The notes under the pieces: model-generated | What the model was told of the DNA's origin: nothing | The model's input: only the letters and a program-made list of their open reading frames with translations | The model's database searches: none | Part shown: piece after piece, positions 50,677 to 60,899 of the stretch | Numbering within the stretch: the stretch's first letter is position 1 | How the letters are laid out: the number at the start of each line of letters is the position of its first letter | Assembly: GCA_965603825.1 (NCBI GenBank) | Contig: CBFDEM010000005.1 | Coordinates: 620,001-684,000, forward strand | Length of the DNA: 64,000 nt | Source: Blepharisma stoltei ATCC 30299 | Lineage: Eukaryota; Protista; Ciliophora | Direction: 5' to 3' | Made by a program: the position numbers and the translations under genes

Positions 50677-51596
50677 TTTTCACATGAGCACTCAATACCT
50701 TTTAATTGTTATTTATAAGCTATTTTAATAAGTAAAAATAGCAAATAATTATGGAAGCCTGCACAAAAATTTATAAAAGCGAACCCAATTTAATTGAACC
50801 TTTTTATTCGAATGCAGGCTTTAAAGTAAATATATTAAACATGTAACAGATTGAAGCTCTTTTCAAATACAGAATTCCAAGATATAAACTCAAAATGAAG
50901 TTCTTAATGCAGTTGCATTTCAAAAAATATGAAACGGAGACTACTAATGCTCCTTGAAAGATTAAAAAGCAGCCATAAAAGACAAAGAGGCATCATAGAT
51001 GGTGAGCATTTAAATCTCTGCAGAAAACATTCACAAGGTTGGTAAAAATAATAGAACTGGCAAAATTAACTTAAAGATAAATGAGGATAATTAATAATTC
51101 TCAAACTCACCCTGGAGGCTACTATGCAAGAATTTGGAATTCCTGGAGATAAAGAGAGGTCTATTCTTATAAATTAGGAAAATGCGAGCCAATTGAAACT
51201 AGCGATATAATTGCTGCATCAGTATTTAAAGAGAAATATTTTTATTATTATTTTTATTATGCTTACTTTTGGACAATATAGCTGCTAGTGCTATCTTATG
51301 CAGTTTAATGTTTTAATTTAAAATTAGCTACGAATAGCCTATAGATTAAAGCTTCGGTGTTTAATAGTTTTTCTCTAAATAAAGACTTTTAATGTCTAAA
51401 ATACTCATCTTTTCAAAGATGACCCTATTAATATTTGTTTCCAATGAATACTGACTGATTCAATAGCTTATATATAAATTTTTTAATAATATCAAATATA
51501 TAATATCCATAAATTCATTTTCAGTATTGATATTATCTAATACCCCATAAAAATAAGAAAAATTCAAATAGAATTTTCCATCTGATAAGTTATAAA

Positions 51597-52208
51597 ATGT
51601 CAAAGATACAAAGAAAAGACTAGTAAGCGATATTCAGCGACTATTTATTCAAACTCGTGCTTGTAGGAGACTCAGGTGTAGGTAAATCTTGCTTATTACT
51701 GCGTTTTGCTGATGACACATTTTCAACAAGCTATATCAGCACAATTGGAGTAGACTTCAGATTCAAAACACTTTCAGTAGACAATACAATTGTCAAGCTT
51801 CAAATATGAGACACAGCCGGACAAGAAAGATTCAGAACAATAACAAGCGCTTATTATCGAGGTGCTGACGCTATAATGGTTGTCTTCGATAAAACTAATA
51901 GAGAAAGTTTTGATCATGTCAAAGAATGGCTTGACGAAATCAACAGATTTTCAGAAGGCTCTGTTCGCCTTCTGTTAGGCAATAAATTTGATCGGCAAGA
52001 TAGTATTCAAGTAAGCGAAGACATGGGCAAACGATTTGCTGAGTCCCATGGCATGAAATATTTGGAGACCAGCGCTCTCAGCTCTCATCAAGTTCATGAC
52101 GCATTTTTGCTTGCTACTAAAGATCTTATAGGGAAAAAATCAAAAAATGTGACTAAAGGAAAAAGACTTGACGAGCTGAAAAACAAGAAAAAATCTAAAT
52201 GCTGTTAA
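51597..52208 (+). CDS. RAB1: Rab1-family GTPase
   Basis: '[28 protein letters not shown]', 'YISTIGVDF', 'KLQI[TGA][19 protein letters not shown]', C-terminal CC. Confidence 0.93.
51623..51637 (+). other. 15-nt intron
   Basis: GTAAGCGATATTCAG; removal restores DYDYLFK. Confidence 0.95.
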
Positions 52209-52300
52209 TAGAAAGTCAATTATTATAATATTTTTGTAGTCTTCTGGTCTATTACGGAGTAATGATAATATTAGTTTACTTAATCTGCAAAACAGAAAAA

Positions 52301-53446
52301 TTAGTTTAAATTTTTAAAGCGTTTTAAGTAATAACCAATTGAGTTATTTAATAAAGAATCTGTGAGAGCTCATGTCTGGGCTCCTCAAGTGTTTCGGAAT
52401 GTGTATTTATCATCCGAATTGCTTGTGTCTATTAACGGGCATCTGCTTAACTTCTTAAGCAGTGTCTTTTCCCACGCTTGCAAATTGCTTTCACTGTTGA
52501 TAGTCGAGTTTAAATTTTCTCCAAATTTTTCTTTTATTTTACATTTCAAATCTTTTCTTGTCAAATTTCCATGTGTGCTTAATGCCCAAATTATGTGCTC
52601 ATTCATTGAATTATTTGTTATTTTTGTGTTTTTTGTGCCATTTTTCAAAGAGTAAAACCCAGGAATTTTTTTGAAGCTGGTGCACAGTATTTGTTTGACG
52701 CTTCTTTTCCACCTGCACTCTTTTTGGTCCTCATTTGTTTCAGTCGATAAGTAGCTGCTATATATTTTTTCAATTGCTTGGATGATTTCTTCTTTAGTTC
52801 CAATGTTATTTGGAAGAGCTTTTAATGCTTCGTTGATCATGTGGTTTATGGTTGGTTTTGTTGATTTTACACGCTTTGTAGATTCTGTTTTATGATGAAG
52901 TCCATGCTTCATAAGCTGTGCAGCTTTTGTTCTTAAGCTGCACATGCTTCTCCCCATTTGAAAAGCTAATTGATTTCAAGCTTCATTTGGGATTTTTGAA
53001 TGAGGATATGAATTATTGACAAAATTAAATAATTGCTCTTCTTCAGTTTTAGTCCAGAGCTGCCGTTTGCGAGCATCTGAAGTTACAGAAGAACTATCAG
53101 AGTCTGCAAATAATTTGTCAATATTAAAATTATCAGGGTCCTCAACCAATGAAGGAAGGTCCATTTTTTCCATGAAGCTTCGCTTGCGAGGGGTTGGCTG
53201 AGGCTTAAAAAGCTTGTCTAAGTTCATAGATTCTTCATTGGTAAATAAATTTTCGCCTGGATCTATTGGAGCGAGAGTAACCCATCCATCTAGAACTGCT
53301 GGAGAGTGCTTTTGGAATAGGACTGAAGGATTGTTCTGAGTCCACTGACGGTTTAGGGTCATCCACTCTGGCTCAATTTGCATTTCTGAATCTTCTTCTG
53401 GCAGTGTGAAATCATAGTTTTCAGAAAAATCGTAATCCATGTCCAT
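52301..53446 (-). CDS. Single Myb/SANT-like repeat plus two winged-helix-like domains; 3' end uncertain (TGA 52385 or TAA 52301)
   Basis: 'WTKTEEEQL...[TGA]NQLA.QMGRS', then two similar units 'HMINEAL..L....GTKEEI...IEK.Y...WKRSV' and 'EHIIWAL...G.LT.KDL...IKEKF...WEKTL'. Confidence 0.6.
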
Positions 53447-53954
53447 TGCTATTATATGCTATCAGTAAATATTTTTATAAAAAGTCATATAAAATTAATT
53501 TTTAAGAAGCAAATTTATTGGATTTATAATAATTTTGAAAATTCAAGTAAGCTTCTTTAAATAATTATATATTTTTTAAGTAAGTATACCTGACAGAAAT
53601 GGATTTAAAAAATAATTTAAGCATAAAGAGAATCAGAGTGTTTGAAAATTCTTTATTAATTTTCCAAAAAATTATTCTAAAACCATTTCTAAGACCAATA
53701 AAATTTTCATTAACTATGCAACATCATTTTAATTATTTAGCTAAATTGAAGCTTTTGGCTATCTATTTCTACGAGACCTTATTTTCAAAAAGAGATAAGA
53801 CTTGATTTTATTATCAGAAGAGTTAATTTCATTTCATTTAGGTCTCATAATTATTATCTTGGCTACCTCAAAATAGCATAGCTTATAAAATAAAAACCTC
53901 GTTTATTCACAATGTTGCCACATTTAATTTTTATTTATTCTAAATAAATTAAGC

Positions 53955-54698
53955 CTAAAATAGTCTATTTTTAGTTACCATAAAGATTCCATCTCCAAAT
54001 GGTAATGCAATACTCTTAACTCTATCATCCCTCCCAATTCTTTCATTCAATTGTCTTACACCAACTGCCTCCCCATCATTTTGTGTGTTATCTGCTGCCA
54101 AATTAAGAAATGCTACATTATCTACTAAAATCATTCCTCCTTTTCTCATTAAAGGTAGCAGATTTTCGTAATAATGCAAATAATTCTCCTTATCTCCATC
54201 AAGAAAAGCGAAATCGAAAGTATTTTCATGCCCTTCTCTTCTAAGCCTTGCTATGGTATCAAGTGCAGGGGCTATTACAAGATCAATTTTATGGTCGATA
54301 CCTGCTAACTTCCAATATTTTTTGGCTATTGATGTAAATTCCTCACTGATGTCTAGAGCAAAAATTTTACCATCATCCGGCAGCCCTAAAGCTGTGCAAA
54401 GCGATGAAAAGCCTGTAAAGACGCCTATTTCAATGCATTTTTTAGCGTTCATAGATTGGACAGGATTTTCCATGAAATCTCCTTGGATTCTATCTGTTGA
54501 CATTATAGCATCATCTGGATGTATTCTTCTGGTTTCAGAGAGTAAATCTTCTTTAATTTCATTATTTCTGATCCCAACTCTATATATATACTCTATTGAT
54601 TTCTGAGTTAGAGATGTTTTCACTGGCAAACTGCCTGAAAACCTAGAAAATCCTTTAAAAATACTGCTTCGCTTTGCACCAGATAAAAAATTGTACAT
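53955..54698 (-). CDS. Class I SAM-dependent O-methyltransferase (CCoAOMT/COMTD1-like), copy 1
   Basis: 'AKKCIEIGVFTGFSSL..AL.LP.DG', 'FDFAFLDGDK.NY', 'GGMILVDN', 'LPFGDG'. Confidence 0.93.
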   Translation of the reverse strand: MYNFLSGAKRSSIFKGFSRFSGSLPVKTSLTQKSIEYIYRVGIRNNEIKEDLLSETRRIHPDDAIMSTDRIQGDFMENPVQSMNAKKCIEIGVFTGFSSLCTALGLPDDGKIFALDISEEFTSIAKKYWKLAGIDHKIDLVIAPALDTIARLRREGHENTFDFAFLDGDKENYLHYYENLLPLMRKGGMILVDNVAFLNLAADNTQNDGEAVGVRQLNERIGRDDRVKSIALPFGDGIFMVTKNRLF

Positions 54699-55346
54699 AT
54701 TATTGTTGGTATTTAATAATAAAATAAATTAATTCACCATTTCATATAATATTAAAATTTATTTCATCTTTTTATTTTTCCATAAAATTCTAGGTATAAA
54801 TTATACAGACTTTAGTAAGAATTAGGTCTTTTTCAAGCTTCATTCGATTTTTCTTTATAAGCTTATTAAATGAAATAAATTATATTCTATGTATTTTTAA
54901 ATATAAACTGATATTCAGCTAAACTAAGATGCTATGCTTTAAATAACACCTCTTAGACCTTAAAACTATATATTTTATTTTCTCCAAGTGATATCTCATT
55001 TAATTTTAATTCTTTTTATTTTGAAATGCTTATCTTATTTCGTTCTATTGCAGTGGCAAAATTTAACACCTAAATATATTAAAGAAATTAAGAAATGCCT
55101 ATTTAGCCAATGAAATAGTTTTTCCTTTAGTTTCATATTCAAATTTATATCTAAATTAAAGTAAATCCATAAAGCGAAAATTGACTAATTTTTAAATTAA
55201 ACATTAGTTATTTTCGAAGCTAATGCGAATCTAAAATTTTTAACTAAACCTATAATACTATTTTAAATTTTATACATGATATATAGAAATCTAAGTGACT
55301 CTCCTTCACCTAAAAGATAATAATAATTTATAAATAAAGCTTAATA

Positions 55347-56081
55347 TTATTTTTTGGTGACCATAAAGATCCCATCTGCAAAAGGCAAAGCTACACTTTT
55401 AACTCTTTTATCTCTAGTCACCCATTCATTTAAGAGTCTTAAACACTTCACATCTTCACCATTATTTGTTTCGTCAACAACTCTATTGTGAAAGATTATA
55501 TTATCTATTAAAACCACCCCTCCTTTTCTCATCAAAGGTATAATATTTTCATAGTATTTCAAATAATTTTCCTTATCAGCATCCAAAAATGCAAAATCAA
55601 AAGAATTTTCATGCCCTTCTCTCCTAAGATTATGCAAATTGTCTAAGGCTGGCCCAATTTTTAGATCGATTTTATGAGAAACTCCAGCTCTTTCCCAGTA
55701 TTTTCTAGCAATTGATGTAAATTCGTCACTTATATCTAAAGCAATTATTTTTCCATCATCAGGAAGTCCTAATGCTGCACAAAGTGATGAAAAGCCTGTG
55801 AAAACTCCTACCTCAAGGCATTTTTTGGCATTAAGAGACTGTATAAGTATTTCTATGAAATCTCCTTCTATTCTATCAGTTGACATTTGTGCAATCTCTG
55901 GGTAGAGTTGTTTTGTTTCATTAAGAAGATCTTCTTTAATTGGTGAATTTCTTATGCCGACGTTATATATATAACTAAGTGATTCATCACTTATAGAGGT
56001 TTTGAGTGGAGCAGTGCCTGAATATCTTGAAATTATATTAAACACATTGATCCTTCTGATGACTGAGGAGAGTCTGTTCAT
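55347..56081 (-). CDS. O-methyltransferase (CCoAOMT/COMTD1-like), copy 2
   Basis: Same motifs with 'DADKENY'; 244 aa. Confidence 0.93.
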   Translation of the reverse strand: MNRLSSVIRRINVFNIISRYSGTAPLKTSISDESLSYIYNVGIRNSPIKEDLLNETKQLYPEIAQMSTDRIEGDFIEILIQSLNAKKCLEVGVFTGFSSLCAALGLPDDGKIIALDISDEFTSIARKYWERAGVSHKIDLKIGPALDNLHNLRREGHENSFDFAFLDADKENYLKYYENIIPLMRKGGVVLIDNIIFHNRVVDETNNGEDVKCLRLLNEWVTRDKRVKSVALPFADGIFMVTKK

Positions 56082-56322
56082 TTTAATGGATTAATATGTC
56101 TATTTAATCTCTTTATCTCATGAATTATAATTTGTATAATCTATTCTTTAGATAGAGAGGCGACTTATACCAATTAAATACTTTTAATATGATGACTAGA
56201 TTTCTCTTTGAATCTAAGATTAGTATAAATTTTAAAATATATAAAATAGAATTAGATCATAATACACTCCATTAAAAATTTTACTCAAATATTTTTATTA
56301 AAATAAACTAGCTAATAACTTC

Positions 56323-57821
56323 CTATTGTTTAGTGACCATAAAACTTCCATCACCAAAAGGCAGAATAATGCTTTTTACTCTTTCATCTCTAGATACCCT
56401 TTCATTTAATCTTCTTATGCCTACTGGATCTGGATGATTATTTGCTTCATCTGCAACAGAATTTCCAAAAATTATATTATCTATAATAATTACCCCTCCT
56501 TTTCTCATTAAGGGTAATAGATTTTAGGGTGCTTTAAATAGCAGTAGTAATCATTGATAATTTTCTATATATCATTATTAATCTAAAACGAATTCAAAAG
56601 CTGCATAGTGCAATGAAATTATTTTTAAACTAATATATGGCTTTAACTCTTGATTTAAATTTTATTGCAATATTTTAATTTTTAATGATTTTAACTTGTT
56701 TTTTTTTAAAAGAGATTGGGCTTGTTTTTAGAAGTTTTTTGCTACTTTTTACTATATTATGAAAATACAAATTTAGGTTTACATAAAGCAAAGTTGGGAT
56801 TTCAATGAAATTAAAACTCCGGTTCTCAGTATGAAAAATAGAATGAATCGTTCTTTCAATACAATATGATACCGTCATGTCAGCAAATAAGACACTCTGA
56901 TATCATTAAAATAAGAATTTCATTTCTTTTTCTTATGAAGCAAAGGTTTTATATATTTTCAAGAAAAAGTATGGTACAAAGCGCAACGAAATCGCCTAAT
57001 ATTCATGCAATTCTGAGCTATAAGCCTTCAGATTTTACTAATATATAATTAAAAAACTCATATCACCAAAAATTAAGAATCAATTCTCTCATAAAATAAA
57101 AACAAAAGTTATTTCGATATCTCTTAAATGGTTCTAATTATAATTACAGGAAACTCATGAACAATTTTTGAGAATTCCAACAAAAAAAGTGTTACAACAA
57201 TTTTTTATAGCCATCTGTTCTATTAAAACTGTAAGTTCTTATTTATGCAAACCCCTAAGTTTTGTATTGTATAATTGAGCCTAAATTTTCATAGTAATTC
57301 AAATAATTTGGCTTATCAGCGTCAAGAAAGGCATAATCAAACGAATTTTCATGGCCTTCCATTCTAAGCTTAATTAAACTGTCTAATGCTGGACCAATAA
57401 TGAGATCGATTTTGCTATCAACCCCTGCAAGTTTCCAGTATTTTCTGGCAATTGATGTATATTCTTCACTTATGTCAAGTGCAAAATTTTTTCCATCACT
57501 TGGTAACCCCAATGCTGCACAAAGAGACGAAAACCCAGTGAATACTCCAACTTCAATGCATTTTTTAGCGTTTATAGATATAATGAGGTTTTCGATGAAA
57601 TCTCCTTGAATTCTGTCAGTCGACATATCAGCATCTTCTGGATAGATCTTTCTAGTCTCAGCTAATAATTCCTCTTTAATAGGTGCATTTCTGATGCCTA
57701 CCCTATAGATATATTCCAATGATTTATCATTTATAGACGTTTTCACTGGGATTGTGCTTGAAAATCTAAAAATTCCTTTTAAAAAAATGTTTCTCCTGAC
57801 TGCAACGGAAATGGTCTGCAT
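56323..57821 (-). pseudogene. O-methyltransferase copy 3 interrupted by a 764-nt insertion (pseudogene, or gene restored by DNA excision)
   Basis: N-half ends ...YLNYYEN at 57285 and C-half resumes LLPLMRKGG... at 56520; removing the insert gives an intact 735-nt, 244-aa ORF. Confidence 0.85.
56521..57289. mobile_element. Non-coding AT-rich insertion (IES- or MITE-like) with terminal direct repeats
   Basis: ATTTT at 56521-25 and 57285-89; alternatively ATT direct repeats enclosing TTAGG...CCTAA inverted ends; no transposase ORF; no GT-AG ends. Confidence 0.75.
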
Positions 57822-58045
57822 ATTTTTTATTGTGATTAATGGTAAAATCAATGAATTTAGCTAACTATTTAACTCTGAATTACTACAAAAATTGCCTTTA
57901 AACAGTAAGGGCAATATTGTAAATGATTATTAATAATATCAATGAACATCGCGATATGCTTATAACTTCCTAGACATTAAGAAAACTTTTTATTAATACA
58001 CTATTTTAATATTAACCTATATATGAATTTAAAACCAAATAAAAT

Positions 58046-58693
58046 CTATTTCTTTTTCCCCTTCTTTCCTTTGCCTTTCTTTCCTTTACCCTTTTTCCCT
58101 TTTTTATCTGATTTTTTATCAGGATCAAAACCAAGCACAGCTCTCACAAAAATTCTGTGCTCCATAACTTCTTCAGGCTTCATTGTAATTGGAGGGGGTA
58201 GTTCTGCAATAAGTTCTTTTACATCATTTATTTTAGCATAATAGCTTGGATTGCAGCCCATAACATCTCTGATATTAGGGTCTGCACCTTGCGATATCAG
58301 CATTCTCGTAATTTCCACATTTCTTTGTCTTACTGCTACATGCAGGGCTGTATGTCCCAGTTTATTTCTGAAATTCAGGTCACTTCCAGCCCTAATAAGC
58401 ATTTCAACAATTTCCCTATTCCCTTTTTCGCAAGCTTTATGTATTGGTAAATAATATCCGACGTCCAAATGTGTTGGAGTATTTGGGTTCGCTCCATAGT
58501 TTAGCAAAATTCTTACAAGGTTAGCATTTTCCAGTTCTGTAACCACATGAAGTGAGGTCATCCCATTGATATCTTGATCATTAGGCGTAACTTCTCGATT
58601 TTGAAGCATCCTCAATATCTCTTCTGTATGCTGGTATTTTAAATGGTAAAACAGCAGATCGGTCCCAATAGTTTTTGTTCGTAAAGACTGCAT
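58046..58693 (-). CDS. Ankyrin-repeat protein with Lys/Gly-rich tail
   Basis: 'GMTSLH', 'PIHKAC.KG..EIV..L...G', 'GHTALHVAV', 'GADPNIRD'; first ATG at 58693. Confidence 0.88.
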   Translation of the reverse strand: MQSLRTKTIGTDLLFYHLKYQHTEEILRMLQNREVTPNDQDINGMTSLHVVTELENANLVRILLNYGANPNTPTHLDVGYYLPIHKACEKGNREIVEMLIRAGSDLNFRNKLGHTALHVAVRQRNVEITRMLISQGADPNIRDVMGCNPSYYAKINDVKELIAELPPPITMKPEEVMEHRIFVRAVLGFDPDKKSDKKGKKGKGKKGKGKKGKKK

Positions 58694-58819
58694 ATTTAAT
58701 AGTGATTTCAATTTTGAATACAAGAATTTAAAACAGCCACTTTTACATAGTAAAATTGAAATTAAATAACAGTTTTGATATAAAAACAAGCATAGGGTAT
58801 CAATAATTTTGGTTTAAAA

Positions 58820-59038
58820 TTAAGCTTTTCTTCTCCCTGTAATTACTTTATGAATTGCTAAGTTTTGCTGCTTATTAACATCATCCATGTGTTCTCTAAT
58901 TCTTTTCATTTCTCGTTTCAGCTCGTCAAGCCTCTTTGAATTATGATCGCGGTATTTTTTGACTTTATCGAGTTTTATTTTGAGTTTGATAAAAGAATCC
59001 ATCTCGTCTTCAAGTTTGTTTGGGCTCAAGTCTTTCAT
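58820..59038 (-). CDS. Small coiled-coil protein
   Basis: 72-aa ATG-TAA ORF with heptad-like charge pattern. Confidence 0.45.
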   Translation of the reverse strand: MKDLSPNKLEDEMDSFIKLKIKLDKVKKYRDHNSKRLDELKREMKRIREHMDDVNKQQNLAIHKVITGRRKA

Positions 59039-59599
59039 TTTGCCTTTATTAATTAGCAAAATTACTGCTTGAAACTATAAAGAATTCTGTATTTGAAAAA
59101 AATTAAATTATGCTGCATTTCATGCTGGAATATCAGAATATATAATTGAAAATGATAATTTAGTTAAATAATAGTTTTGTGATATATTAAAATCATCTGT
59201 TAAATTTGTTAATAAATACAGAGATACTACTTTAAGCTTGACATAAACTATTATGCGAATTTTCAATTTTACAATTGGGAAGCTTGCAGATCTAAAATAA
59301 GAGGTGAATTTCCCATAAAAATTAATTTTTATAATTCTATTTAATTATAAATTAAATCGACTGTTGATTTATAAAAATTTCAGTCCTTTTTGACTGGCCT
59401 AGATACTGATAAATTTTCTAATAATAAGTGCCCATCATTAGAATTTGACTAAAATAATATATTAAAGCTGCATATTCATATCTTTTTCCCAAATATCATT
59501 CAAACTATGCTCTTACAGCAAATCCTTCTACTTTATTATTCTCTCTTTCATAATATGGTGGCCTATGCCAAATTTCACTTGCCATCCTGCAGATAAAAT

Positions 59600-60892
59600 A
59601 TGGCTGTTATCCTCCTTTCAATCTATTTCCTTTATTTCTGGGCATGCTCTTTATACTCCATCATCGCTCCTTTTTTCCCAACAGAAGCCAAGGCCAAAGG
59701 GATGGGGGAAGACCAGATCGGGTATCTTTTCAGTCTCTACGCAATCCTGGCGATACTATTTTCCCCAATCTCAGGGAAAATCATGATGTGTGTAGGAAGA
59801 AAAAAATTCCTCTTCATAGGCTGCATAATAGAAACAGTAGGTATACTTCTTTTTGCCTTTGTAACTAATTTCGATGGCGACACCTTTGTATTCCTCAGCT
59901 TTGCGGCAAGAATTTTGCAAGGGATGGGAGGGTCAGCGCTGACTGTCACTTTGTTTGCGCTGATCGCTAATATGTACCCTGAGGACATTGAAGCGAAGCT
60001 CGGGTGGATGGAAACAATGGGAGGCGTCGGTCTAATTCTTGGGCCACTTATTGGTGGTGGATTTTACAGTCTTGTAGGCTATACATTGACTTTTGTTATT
60101 TATGTCGTTGTTCTAGCTGCTCTTACTGTTGCTACATTTTTGGTTTTGCCATCCCCGAAACCTAGTAATGATACTGAAAAAGCAGCCCGAAAACTCAGCT
60201 TATTAAAACTTGCCTTTAATGGGAAAGTTTTTCCTACACTCCTTGTAGTAATGTTTGGAATGGCTGGACCTTCTTATCTTGAGCCTGTGCTCTCTAATCA
60301 TCTGAAAGACAACTTTGACTTATCTATTGAGATGATATCAGTGGTTTTTGCTTTGCCTGTAATTGGGTATACAACTGCAGTGAAAGGGCAGACAATGCTA
60401 CCAAAATCTTTTGATAGGAGAATTGTATTGACTGTTGGTCTTTTCATTGAAGGGGTTGCATTTTTCTTAGTCGGACCATCATTTGGACTTCCAAGCGAGA
60501 TTTATTTAGTTATTACTGGGCTAATTTTGATAGGCTTAGGAGGCGCATGGGCGTATTTGCCATCGCTTCCCTATATGATTGATGCGGCTGCTAAAGATAT
60601 GAAAATTGATGACCGAGAGCATTTGTCTGACTGTTTGTCTACAGTAATGGGGACATTCCACTATGTAGGAGAAGCCTTAGGGCCAATATCTGCAGGGCTG
60701 TTTACAGAGTATATAGGATTTAATGAAGGTGTTACAATCTTTGGAGGAGCTGTGCTGATATATACAGTTATCTTTGGATTGATAACCAAAGCACTTGTGA
60801 ATATTTTCAGATGCAAATGTAATAGGAAAAGCAAGAAAACAGGTGAGAACGATCTTAAGCAAAAACTGATTGAAGGAGATAATAAAAATTAA
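59600..60892 (+). CDS. MFS transporter, SLC18B1 / vesicular amine-polyamine transporter-like
   Basis: About 12 TM segments; 'SIIAPFFPTEA..KG', 'SP..GK....GRK', 'ARILQG.G', 'E...G.G...GP.IGG', 'LEPVL..HL'. Confidence 0.85.
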   Translation: MAVILLSIYFLYFWACSLYSIIAPFFPTEAKAKGMGEDQIGYLFSLYAILAILFSPISGKIMMCVGRKKFLFIGCIIETVGILLFAFVTNFDGDTFVFLSFAARILQGMGGSALTVTLFALIANMYPEDIEAKLGWMETMGGVGLILGPLIGGGFYSLVGYTLTFVIYVVVLAALTVATFLVLPSPKPSNDTEKAARKLSLLKLAFNGKVFPTLLVVMFGMAGPSYLEPVLSNHLKDNFDLSIEMISVVFALPVIGYTTAVKGQTMLPKSFDRRIVLTVGLFIEGVAFFLVGPSFGLPSEIYLVITGLILIGLGGAWAYLPSLPYMIDAAAKDMKIDDREHLSDCLSTVMGTFHYVGEALGPISAGLFTEYIGFNEGVTIFGGAVLIYTVIFGLITKALVNIFRCKCNRKSKKTGENDLKQKLIEGDNKN

Positions 60893-60899
60893 GTTACAG

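Noticed and set aside
56675-57048. Short ORFs inside the insertion as a possible transposase
   Set aside because: Only 60-67 aa, AT-biased composition, no DDE or HTH motifs.
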